Positions 46,117 through 55,800 of a stretch of DNA of 64,000 nucleotides are shown here, one piece after another (positions within the stretch are counted from its first letter, which is position 1; every line of letters starts with the position of its first letter). Under the pieces are notes generated by a model. It was given only the letters and a program-made list of their open reading frames with translations, was not told the DNA's origin and ran no database searches. The DNA is from Thermodesulfovibrionales bacterium (GTDB lineage Bacteria; Nitrospirota; Thermodesulfovibrionia; Thermodesulfovibrionales; SM23-35), in the NCBI GenBank assembly GCA_031082155.1, contig JAVHLL010000006.1, positions 952 through 64,951 on the forward strand, written 5' to 3'. The translations under genes and the position numbers were made by a program.

Positions 46117-47171
46117 AGTTTATCGAGAAAGATCTGCTTAAGAGAGCAAAGAACAGTATAACGTCTGTTATTTCAGATATCACCTTCCTTGCACTAAAGG
46201 ACTTTAAAACCAATGCCAGAACCAACAATAAAGAAGTCGATTTTGTATTAAGCACCCTTATTTCCGGAAAGCCTGCAAAATTTATTGTAGAAGTTAAATC
46301 ACAAGGCGAGCCTCGTCTTGTAAGAATGGCAATTGCTCAGCTTAAAGATTATCTTAAGGGCTTTAAAGACTCCTATGGCATACTTGTCGCTCCCTATCTA
46401 AGTGACGCCAGCAGGCAGATATGCAAAGAGGCCGGCATAGGTTGCGTTGATCTGGCAGGTAACGCATTTCTATCCTTCAAGAATGTATTTATAGACAGGA
46501 GTGGCAGGCCCAATCCTTTCGCTGCTACCCGTCTATTAAAATCTGTCTTCTCACCAAAATCAAGCAGGATACTGAGGGTGCTTCTCTCTGCCCCATCAAA
46601 AAAATGGCATGTCGAAGACTTATCTAAAGAAGCAGGTATCAGCATAGGGCTGGCCTCAAGGGTGAAACAGGCGCTTCTTTCTGAAGAATGGATAAAGGAA
46701 GAAAACAAGAGTTTCTATCTTGTCAAACCTGAAGAAGTGCTTAACCAGTGGGTCAATAATTATTCCTATGAAAAGAATCAGAGCTTTTCATTCTATTCAG
46801 GTCTTACAGAAGACCAGATTGAGACAGCAATCAAACAAGAGTGTGAAAAAAGGAAATATCGTTACGGGCTCTCATTATTTTCAGGAGCAAGAAAAGTAGC
46901 GCCGTTTGTAAGATTCATGCGGTTCTTTTCCTATATTGATGGTAACATTGAAAATATTGCAAAAGCCCTACAACTGAAAAAAGTAGAGACCGGAGCAAAT
47001 CTAACGCTTCTTCAGCCATATGATGAAGGTATCTTCTATGGTCTTCAGGATATTAACGGTATTAATGTTGTATCTGACATCCAGCTTTATCTTGATCTGA
47101 AGAATTATAAAGGAAGAGGCGAGGAAGCAGCACAGGCCATATTTGAACAAAGGATTAAGACCAAATGTTGA
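46089..47171 (+). CDS. AbiEi-like DNA-binding protein with an N-terminal PD-(D/E)xK-like domain (paralogous architecture to 39271-40329)
   Basis: 360 aa. EVDFVL...FIVEVKSQG, then the shared block GIGCVDLAGNAF (compare GIEFIDTAGNAF), a wHTH (WHVEDLSKEAGISIGLASRVKQALLSEEWI) and LNQWVNNY (compare FQRWVTAY). Confidence 0.5.
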   Translation: MVKQSYKVKQFIEKDLLKRAKNSITSVISDITFLALKDFKTNARTNNKEVDFVLSTLISGKPAKFIVEVKSQGEPRLVRMAIAQLKDYLKGFKDSYGILVAPYLSDASRQICKEAGIGCVDLAGNAFLSFKNVFIDRSGRPNPFAATRLLKSVFSPKSSRILRVLLSAPSKKWHVEDLSKEAGISIGLASRVKQALLSEEWIKEENKSFYLVKPEEVLNQWVNNYSYEKNQSFSFYSGLTEDQIETAIKQECEKRKYRYGLSLFSGARKVAPFVRFMRFFSYIDGNIENIAKALQLKKVETGANLTLLQPYDEGIFYGLQDINGINVVSDIQLYLDLKNYKGRGEEAAQAIFEQRIKTKC

Positions 47172-47229
47172 TAATGGGTTTTATAATAGTGGGGAAACAG
47201 GATCAAGCGACATATGGAGAGCAGCAATC

Positions 47230-48273
47230 ATGATGACTTTAAAACAATTCTCGATCAAGCCTGAAACCGTACCAAGCATAACGTCGTGGTATCTGTCAGA
47301 CCTCGGCGAAGCTCGCGGGAGACAAGAGCTTTTCACAAAGCAATCTCCTCAGAAGCTAAAGGTTCTTAGGGAACATGCGTTGATAGAAAGCGCCGTATCA
47401 TCAAACCGCATAGAAGGTGTGACTGTCGCTGATGCGCGTATCCGTACTATCGTGTTCGGCAAGTCGCATCTGCGCGACCGCGATGAGGAAGAAGTGCGAG
47501 GGTATCGCAATGCGTTAAAGCTCATTCACGAGCAGGCAGCAAAACTGCCGGTATCGGAGGAGACGATCCTGAATCTGCACAGACTGGCGAAAGGTGACAT
47601 CTGGGATGCCGGTAAATACAAGGAGAAAGAAAGCGACATCATTGAGAAATACCCTGACGGGACTTCGCGTGTGCGATTCAGAACGGTTTCCCCTGCCAAG
47701 ACGCCGGTATTTGTGGCCGAGCTGATTGACCTATGGAATCAATGTCTTCGCGAACGATGGGTGCAACCGATAGTTGCTATGGCAGCGTTTAATCTCGATT
47801 TTCTCTCTATCCATCCCTTCCGTGATGGAAATGGTCGAGTTTCAAGGCTGCTTCTGCTGCTTCAATGCTATCACCTTGGTTATGATGCAGGCCGTTACAT
47901 CAGCATTGAGCGGATTATTGAACAAAGCAAGGATCGGTATTATGAGACTCTTGAACAAAGTTCACAGGACTGGCATGAGGGGAAACATGACCCGTGGCCA
48001 TATATAAACTACGTTCTATACACACTCAAGACTGCTTACAAGGAATTCGAAGAGCGGGTCGGGCAGTTGCGGTCGCCAAAAGGAGCCAAGACGGAGATCA
48101 TTAGGTCTGCAATAGAAAAGACTCTTAGGCCGTTTCGAATCGCTGATATTCAAAAAGAATGCCCCAGCGTGAGTGTAGATTTGATCCGTCAGATCTTGAA
48201 AAAACTGCGTGACGAGGGAAAGGTCGAGTGTCTCGGAAGGGGTCAAAGCGCACAGTGGCAGAAAAGGAAATAG
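47230..48273 (+). CDS. Fic-family protein (AMPylase-type) with a Fic_N inhibitory-helix motif and a C-terminal wHTH
   Basis: Catalytic HPFRDGNGRVSRLL. N-terminal SSNRIEG ([ST]xxxE[GN]). The ATG at 47230 is preceded by GGAGAG; the ORF-track start at 47143 overlaps the upstream gene. Confidence 0.85.
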   Translation: MMTLKQFSIKPETVPSITSWYLSDLGEARGRQELFTKQSPQKLKVLREHALIESAVSSNRIEGVTVADARIRTIVFGKSHLRDRDEEEVRGYRNALKLIHEQAAKLPVSEETILNLHRLAKGDIWDAGKYKEKESDIIEKYPDGTSRVRFRTVSPAKTPVFVAELIDLWNQCLRERWVQPIVAMAAFNLDFLSIHPFRDGNGRVSRLLLLLQCYHLGYDAGRYISIERIIEQSKDRYYETLEQSSQDWHEGKHDPWPYINYVLYTLKTAYKEFEERVGQLRSPKGAKTEIIRSAIEKTLRPFRIADIQKECPSVSVDLIRQILKKLRDEGKVECLGRGQSAQWQKRK

Positions 48274-48464
48274 GTAATATCTATTTAATTGGGTAATGAA
48301 TTAGGTAAGATAACAACCTTTCAGATTTTTCAGAAAAGTGAAGATTGAAGGAAAAGGAATTCCAACACTTGAGCGGGAGGATATTCTTGCATGTGTCGAA
48401 TATGCACCATAGAGCATGGCTGGTCAGAAAAATTTTCGTTCTTCATAAAGGGAGATAGGGTATT

Positions 48465-51400
48465 GTGCATGATGATTTGACCTTCTTCACGAATGAACCG
48501 GGCGCTACCATCCTTGACAGATTCAGGAAAACCCTGAAAGATGTCCAATTCTTTGATATACTCGTCGGCTATTTCCGAACAAGCGGCTTTTTCCGTCTCT
48601 ACAAATCCTTTGAAACAATAGATAAGATCAGAGTCCTTGTCGGCATAAATATCGATAAGACAGCATTTGAAATAATCGAGTCCTCAAAATCACGGGGAAA
48701 GCTTGATTTCGAATCTCACAAACGGACAAAGGAAGTATTCTCCGACGACCTTGCTTATGAAATGGAACATTCTGAGGACACTTATGATACTGAAATAGGG
48801 GTAAAAAAGTTCATTGAATTTTTACAGTCAGGAAAACTCGAAATCAAAGCCTATCCAAGCTCAAAAATCCATGCAAAGGTTTACATAATCCGGTTTTCTG
48901 AAGAAGACCGTGATTACGGGAGAGTGATTACCGGTTCCAGCAATTTTTCAGAAGCCGGCCTTATTGAAAACCTTGAATTCAATGTTGAACTGAAAAATAG
49001 CGCTGATGTTAAGTATGCCCTCGACAAGTTTGAAGCTTTATGGAAAGATGCTGTTGATATCTCCAAGGAATATGTCGAGACGATAAATGCGAGAACCTGG
49101 CTGAATGATTATATCACCCCATATGAGCTTTATCTGAAATTTCTTTATGAATATCTCAAGGAAGATATCAATATAGATGAGGATTTTGAGAGTTATCTCC
49201 CCGAAGGTTTCCTTGATATGAAATACCAGAAGCAGGCTGTGGTTTCAGCAAAAAAGATACTCGATGCCTATAACGGAGTATTTCTCTCCGATGTCGTCGG
49301 ATTGGGCAAAACATATATTTCAGCGCTTCTCGCGCAACAGCTTCCTGGGAAAATTCTTGTTATCTGCCCTCCCGTTCTTGAGGATTACTGGCATGATACT
49401 TTTTTTGAGTTTGGGATAAGAGGCTACAAAGTTGAATCTCTGGGCAAGCTCGACCATATCATAAAAAGCGGAGCGGAACGATTTGATTATATATTTGTCG
49501 ATGAAGCTCATAGGTTCAGAAATGAAGTGACCCTTGGATATGAAAAACTCCATCAGGTTTGTTTTGGCAAGAAGGTGATCCTCGTTTCGGCAACACCCTT
49601 AAATAACACTATTGACGACATTTACAGCCAATTAAAGCTCTTTCAGGTGCCAAAGAAAAGCACAATCCCCGGCGTCCAAAATCTGGAGAAATTCTTTGGG
49701 TCATTAAAGAAGAGAATAAACAAATATCAGAAAAATCAGCCCGAATATATCGATACAATAAAGCTTGTCTCAAAGGAAGTGAGAGACAAAATCCTCAAAT
49801 TTGTTATGGTCCGAAGGACACGCACAGAGGTTATGAAATACTTCAGTGAAGATATGGAGAAACAGAATGTCTCTTTCCCTGAACTGGACGATCCAAAACG
49901 TATTATCTATACCTTTGACGAGAAGACCGGCGATGTTTTCAACAGAACTATTGCCCTTTTGAAGGATTTCTCCTACTCCAGATATACCCCTTTGCTCTAT
50001 CTAAAGACGCCGGTTTCCGAGTTTGAACTCCAGTCTCAACGGAATATCGGAGGATTCATGAAGGGCATCCTTGTGAAACGACTGGAGAGTAGTTTCCACG
50101 CCTTTAAGAACACCCTTAGACGCTTTGTCGATTCTTACCGGAAATTTATCGAAATGTATCAGCAGGGAACTGTTTACATCAGCAAGAAGGTGAATGTTTA
50201 TGATTTTCTTGATGCTGACAATGAAGAAGAGCTATTGAAGCTTGTGGATCTGGACAGGGTTCAGAAATACGAATCCTCTGAGTTCAAAGAAGAATTTCTT
50301 CGTAACCTTCAGAAAGACCTCACTTTACTTGAAAACATTCAAAAACTATGGAGCGATATAGACTCAGATCCGAAGCTCGAACAATTTATTAATGAGCTGA
50401 AAGAGAATCTCATCTTGAAAGAGAACAAGCTTGTTGTCTTTACAGAATCCAAAGAAACCGGTGAATATCTCTTTAAAAAACTAAACAAGCATCTGCCTTC
50501 AAAGGTTCTTTTCTACTCCAGTGTGGGCGGAATTTATGGAGATGATGAGAAGAGCATACCGGTTGCCCGGAACCTGATTAAGGAAAACTTCGACCCGAAG
50601 AACAAACCGCAGAAAGATGATATCAATATACTGATTGCGACAGATATCCTTGCTGAAGGGATTAATCTGCACCGTTCAAATACGGTCATTAACTACGATC
50701 TCCCGTGGAATCCCACTCGTGTATTGCAGCGGGTAGGCAGGGTAAACCGTGTAGGGACTAAGCACAAAGTGATAAATATCTTCAACTTCTTCCCGACTGC
50801 CCAGTCAGACATGCACCTTGGGTTGGAAGCAAACATAAAAGCCAAGATACAGGCATTCCACGACACTCTCGGGGAAGATTCAAGGTATCTTACCGAAGAA
50901 GAAGAAGTCTCCACTCATGAATTATTTGGCGATTTTATTTATAAGAGATTAAGTGACAAGAAAACGTTTCAGGGGGAAGATGAAGAAGAGCGATCGGAGC
51001 TTGAGTATCTTCAGCTTCTTCGGAATATCCGGGATAAGCACCCTTCCTTATTCAAAAAAATAAAACGTCTTCCCAAAAAGGCCCGAACATGCCGGGAGCT
51101 TGAAAACAACAAGAAAGATAATCTGATTACTTTTTTCAGAAAGGGGAAGCTGAAAAAGTTCTTCCTTGCGGATTCCTCTGCTTCGCGCGAACTAACATTT
51201 TTTGAGGCTGTTGATCTTTTCAAATGTGATTCTGCAACCCCTAAAGCGGCCTTCCCTAAAACCTTTTATCCATTCCTTGATGCGAACAAAGCCGCATTTG
51301 ATCAGGCAACGTCCGACGAGACCGCTGAAAAAGATCATCGAGCCAGTAGTTCGAACGAAAGTTATATCATAAAGCGGCTTAAAGCGAAGGATTTGCAGAA

Positions 51401-51662
51401 ATTTTCGGGCTTTACTGAAGAAGATGAAGAGTTTATAAGGTCAGTCTTGAAGGCCTTTGAAAACGGAGTAGTCCCTAAAAATACCAGCAAACGTCTCAAA
51501 AATGAACTCGAAAAAGAAATTGCTCCTCTTAAAGTGCTTGCCATACTGAAAAAGAATCTCCCCCCGACCATTTTGTCTGTGTCACCCTCCACCCAGAAAA
51601 TCGGACATGACAGAAGAGAAGTGATTCTCTCTGAATATCTGTTGAGAATTGGATTAAAATAA
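48465..51662 (+). CDS. PLD (HKD) nuclease domain fused to an SNF2-family helicase
   Basis: 1065 aa with a GTG start. The HKD motif is KIHAKVYII...TGSSNFSEAGL. Helicase motifs: GLGKT, FVDEAHRFRN, SATPLNN, and ATDILAEGINLH...NYDLPWNPTRVLQRVGRVNRVG. Confidence 0.85.
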   Translation: MHDDLTFFTNEPGATILDRFRKTLKDVQFFDILVGYFRTSGFFRLYKSFETIDKIRVLVGINIDKTAFEIIESSKSRGKLDFESHKRTKEVFSDDLAYEMEHSEDTYDTEIGVKKFIEFLQSGKLEIKAYPSSKIHAKVYIIRFSEEDRDYGRVITGSSNFSEAGLIENLEFNVELKNSADVKYALDKFEALWKDAVDISKEYVETINARTWLNDYITPYELYLKFLYEYLKEDINIDEDFESYLPEGFLDMKYQKQAVVSAKKILDAYNGVFLSDVVGLGKTYISALLAQQLPGKILVICPPVLEDYWHDTFFEFGIRGYKVESLGKLDHIIKSGAERFDYIFVDEAHRFRNEVTLGYEKLHQVCFGKKVILVSATPLNNTIDDIYSQLKLFQVPKKSTIPGVQNLEKFFGSLKKRINKYQKNQPEYIDTIKLVSKEVRDKILKFVMVRRTRTEVMKYFSEDMEKQNVSFPELDDPKRIIYTFDEKTGDVFNRTIALLKDFSYSRYTPLLYLKTPVSEFELQSQRNIGGFMKGILVKRLESSFHAFKNTLRRFVDSYRKFIEMYQQGTVYISKKVNVYDFLDADNEEELLKLVDLDRVQKYESSEFKEEFLRNLQKDLTLLENIQKLWSDIDSDPKLEQFINELKENLILKENKLVVFTESKETGEYLFKKLNKHLPSKVLFYSSVGGIYGDDEKSIPVARNLIKENFDPKNKPQKDDINILIATDILAEGINLHRSNTVINYDLPWNPTRVLQRVGRVNRVGTKHKVINIFNFFPTAQSDMHLGLEANIKAKIQAFHDTLGEDSRYLTEEEEVSTHELFGDFIYKRLSDKKTFQGEDEEERSELEYLQLLRNIRDKHPSLFKKIKRLPKKARTCRELENNKKDNLITFFRKGKLKKFFLADSSASRELTFFEAVDLFKCDSATPKAAFPKTFYPFLDANKAAFDQATSDETAEKDHRASSSNESYIIKRLKAKDLQKFSGFTEEDEEFIRSVLKAFENGVVPKNTSKRLKNELEKEIAPLKVLAILKKNLPPTILSVSPSTQKIGHDRREVILSEYLLRIGLK

Positions 51663-51746
51663 TTCCGTCTCATATATTGACAAAAGCATCTTTATAATGT
51701 ATTCTTTTAGCATAATCTAATTTGAATAATGCAATGGGAGTAGTAA

Positions 51747-52865
51747 ATGCGAAATCCATTTACATTAGGCATAGCTCAGAAAAATGATTTTTGCAACAGA
51801 AAAAAAGAAATAAACGACCTGTTACAGCATGCAAAAAATGGTGATAATACAGTTCTGTTTTCGCCCAGAAGATACGGCAAATCTTCTCTGATAGCAAGGA
51901 TTATCGAACAACTCAGGGAAGAAGGATATCTGACTGTTTATGTGGATCTCTACCCGATAACCTCGGAGCAGGATTTCATTTCAAGGTTTTCCAACGGCAT
52001 TTTTAAAGGGATTGGGCGCGGCGCGGATACCCGTACTATTGCGGACAGGCTCAAAAATATCTTCAGCAGACTTGTCCCGAGTCTTGAGGTTAGGCCTGAG
52101 GGGTATAATATCTCCGCCAGATTTGACCGTACTTCCCAAACAGGGTTGCTGCTTGATGACCTTTTAGACGGACTGTATAAATATGTAAAGAAAGAAAAGC
52201 TCCGGGCATGTATTGCCCTCGACGAATTTCAGGAGATTACCGAACTGCCTGATTCCAAAAAAATAGAGGGCATACTACGCTCGCAAATACAGTTCCACAA
52301 AGAGATATCATATTTTTATATTGGGAGCAGACGCCGGATACTGACGGATATGTTTACCGACAAAAACAGGGCTTTCTACAAGAGCGCGTTTTCATATACG
52401 TTGAAGGAAATAGCCAGGGATGAATTTGTTCCCTTCATAGAGGCAAAATTCAGGAAAACGGGAAAGGTTTGCCCATCGGAGGTGGCAGCAAAAATATACG
52501 ATACCGTCAGAGGCTACCCATATTATGTTCAGAAGCTTTCTTCTATAGCATGGGATATTACGATAAGAAAATGCACTGATGAAATAGTATTTGAATCCTA
52601 TACTCTTCTCCTCACTATGGAAAAGACGGATTTTGAAGGCATATGGGGAGGTCTGGCCCTGATACAGAAATCGGTTTTGAAGGCAATAGCCAAAGAACCG
52701 ACAACATCTCCTTACTCCAGAGAATTTCTCGAAAGACATCGGCTTTCAATAGGCGGCACCCAAAAAGCAATGGACGTCTTACTCTCAAGAGACCTCATAG
52801 AAAAAGATGATGAAGGCAAATACAGGTTGACAGACCCTGTAATGGAGGCGTGGCTTCGGGAGTAA
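51747..52865 (+). CDS. AAA ATPase (archaeal-ATPase/DUF234-like family)
   Basis: 372 aa. FCNRKKEINDL, Walker A SPRRYGKSSL, Walker B CIALDEFQE, and a C-terminal wHTH-like domain. Confidence 0.75.
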   Translation: MRNPFTLGIAQKNDFCNRKKEINDLLQHAKNGDNTVLFSPRRYGKSSLIARIIEQLREEGYLTVYVDLYPITSEQDFISRFSNGIFKGIGRGADTRTIADRLKNIFSRLVPSLEVRPEGYNISARFDRTSQTGLLLDDLLDGLYKYVKKEKLRACIALDEFQEITELPDSKKIEGILRSQIQFHKEISYFYIGSRRRILTDMFTDKNRAFYKSAFSYTLKEIARDEFVPFIEAKFRKTGKVCPSEVAAKIYDTVRGYPYYVQKLSSIAWDITIRKCTDEIVFESYTLLLTMEKTDFEGIWGGLALIQKSVLKAIAKEPTTSPYSREFLERHRLSIGGTQKAMDVLLSRDLIEKDDEGKYRLTDPVMEAWLRE

Positions 52866-52874
52866 CGTAACCAT

Positions 52875-55800
52875 ATGGATAGACAAGAAGCAGTCAGATT
52901 AATTGAAGAAACCTTTAATAAACCATTTGATGAATGGCAGTTCCGGTATTTTGTAAAGAATCTGCTGAATGAAATTGACGAATCGAAGTCATTGGAAATC
53001 CACGGCGCTTACATTAAAAACGCATTTTCAGATTGTATCAGGCAGTATAAACGAATCGGAACATTCACAGACTCTGAAGGGTTAAAGTTGGATGTTCTGA
53101 TTGTGAACCTCAAGAGGGGCATCTCAGTCGAAAGAGCAAGGACCACTCAAAGGAATTTCGTAGCCCACCATCTGAAACAAAGGGATAACAAAGATGCAGC
53201 TTTAGTCGCTTTTTATTCCGATGGATCGGAAGACTGGCGATTTTCTTTTGTCCACATGGATTACAGGACAATCCAGACAGAAAGCGGCAAGGTAAAAGTT
53301 GAGGAAGAACTCACTCCTGCGAGAAGATACTCTTTTCTGGTCGGTGAGAACGAGCCAAATCATACAGCCCGGCAACAACTTGTCCCCATTCTTGAAGATG
53401 ACAGGAATAATCCGACCCTTGCAGATATCGAACATGCCTTTAACATCGAGTCTGTAACCAAAGAATTTTTCAACAGGTATAAAGACCTTTTCCTGAAAGT
53501 GAAAGAGGAGCTGGATACTGTAGTAGTCGTTGATCAAAAAATAAAAACGGAATTCGAGAGCAAGCAAATTGACACTGCAAACTTTGCCAAAAAGCTCCTC
53601 GGCCAGATCGTTTTCCTCTATTTCATTCAGAAAAAGGGCTGGCTGGGTGTCGGTAAAGACAGGACATGGGGTACCGGACCGAGAAACTTCTTACGAAGGC
53701 TTTTTGAGAAAGAGATCGTCAGCTATGACAATTTCTTCAATGATATCCTCGAACCTCTGTTCTACGAAGCACTTGCAATAGACAGAGGGGAAATATCATT
53801 TTACAGCCGGTTCAACTGCAAAATCCCGTTTCTGAACGGCGGCTTGTTCGAACCGATTAATGGTTACAACTGGGAGGAGACGGATATTCTCCTTAAGAAC
53901 GAGACCGTCAGAGAGATCCTCGATACCTTTGACCTTTACAATTTTACCGTCCGGGAGGACGAACCGCTTGAAAGAGAAGTGGCTGTTGACCCTGAAATGC
54001 TCGGAAAGGTTTTTGAGAACCTGCTTGAGGTCAAAGACCGCAAGTCAAAAGGCACCTATTATACCCCTCGCGAGATTGTCCACTACATGTGCCAGGAAAG
54101 CCTCATCAATTATCTGGACACTACTATCAATACTCAGGAAGAGACTGTAATTCCTCAAAAACCTGTTCAGAAAAGTCTTATAGGAGAAGATAAGCCGGAA
54201 CAGGCATCACTTACCGTTCAGACACATAAGGTGGTAATCCCTCGTGAAGACATTGAAGCCTTTATCAGGAGAGGCGATTTTGCAATAAACAATGATCTTG
54301 CGAAAGAACAAGGGACAAAATCATATACCTACAAAATGCCCGAGAGTATACGGAACAATGCGCGGCTCTTTGATGACAAGCTAACAGATATAAAAATCTG
54401 TGACCCTGCCATTGGGTCAGGGGCATTCCCCGTCGGTATGATGCATGAGATTGTTCGGGCAAGAGAAACATTAACAACTTATATTAATGAGGGCAGAAGT
54501 AGAACCGCCTATAATTTCAAACGCCATGCTATCCAAGAGTCGATCTATGGCGTCGACATTGACCCCGGTGCTGTAGATATAGCAAAACTCCGCCTTTGGC
54601 TCTCCCTTGTCGTTGATGAAGATGACTTCAAAACCATCAAGCCTTTGCCTAATCTTGATTATAAGATCGTCTGCGGAGATTCTCTTTCGAGTGTAAATAC
54701 TTTGTTCCATCACATCGAACTCAAGAAGCTTGAGAGGCTCAAAGCGAAATACTTTGAGGAGACCAGACCCAGAGAAAAGACACATATAAAAGAAGAAATT
54801 GATAATCTCATAAGCGAGATTACGAATAATGATAAGCATTTCGACTTTAAAGTCTATTTCAGCGAAGTTTTTCATAAAAATGGTGGATTCGACATTGTGC
54901 TCGCAAATCCTCCATACATACGTCACGAAACTATCAGGGAGTTGAAACCTGAGCTAAAGAAGGAATTCGGCGATTTCTTTTGCGGCACGGCAGACATCTA
55001 TACTTATTTCTACAAGAAGGGAATCGAACTGCTAAAGCCATACGGTCACCTTTGCTTTATCGCGCCAAACAAATTTATGCGGGCCGGCTACGGCAAGAAT
55101 ACTCGAAAATTGCTTGCTACACAGGTAACGCCGAAGGTGATCATCGATTTCTGCGATCTCCCGATATTTGATGCAACGACATATCCGTCAATTATCCTTG
55201 TTGAGAAAACGCCTTTTGTAGGGGCGGCCCTATGTGGCCGCCCTGATTTGATTAATCAACAACCACCAAAAGAAGGGCAACCACACAGGGTTGCCCCTAC
55301 AAAAACGGAATTTCTTGCCGCAACATTTACCGACGCCGCCCAATTGGAACGGCTGGAAGAAACCCTATCAAACATTGGATTTCCAATACCAATCTCTTCA
55401 TTGAGAGAAGAAGGCTGGAATCTTGAGCGGCCTGAGATTTTAGCGTTGATGGAAAAACTGCGCAAAGCCGGAACGCCGCTTGATGAGTATGTGCAGGGAC
55501 GGTTTTATCGGGGCATATTGACAGGTCTTAATGAGGCTTTTGTAATTGATGAAGTTACTCGGAAAAACCTTATTTCAGAAGACCCTAAAAGCGAAGAACT
55601 TATCAAGTCGTGGTTAAGAGGAAGGGATATTAAGAAATGGAAGGCTGAATGGGCAGGATTGTATTTGATAAATATTCCAAGTAGTGCAAATCATCACTGG
55701 CAATGGTCAGATGAAAAAACTGAGGGAAAGGCGAAAAAAATATTTTCCCGAACTTATCCCGCCATCCATAAACACCTGTCGCAGTGGGAAGACAGGCTTG

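Noticed and set aside
48335-48412. A possible DUF433-type antitoxin C-terminal remnant (…KIEGKGIPTLEREDILACVEYAP*) just upstream of the helicase gene.
   Set aside because: It is only about 25 codons long, has no start codon, and the similarity rests on one short motif (L.REDIL..(V/L)EYA). That is too little evidence to annotate.
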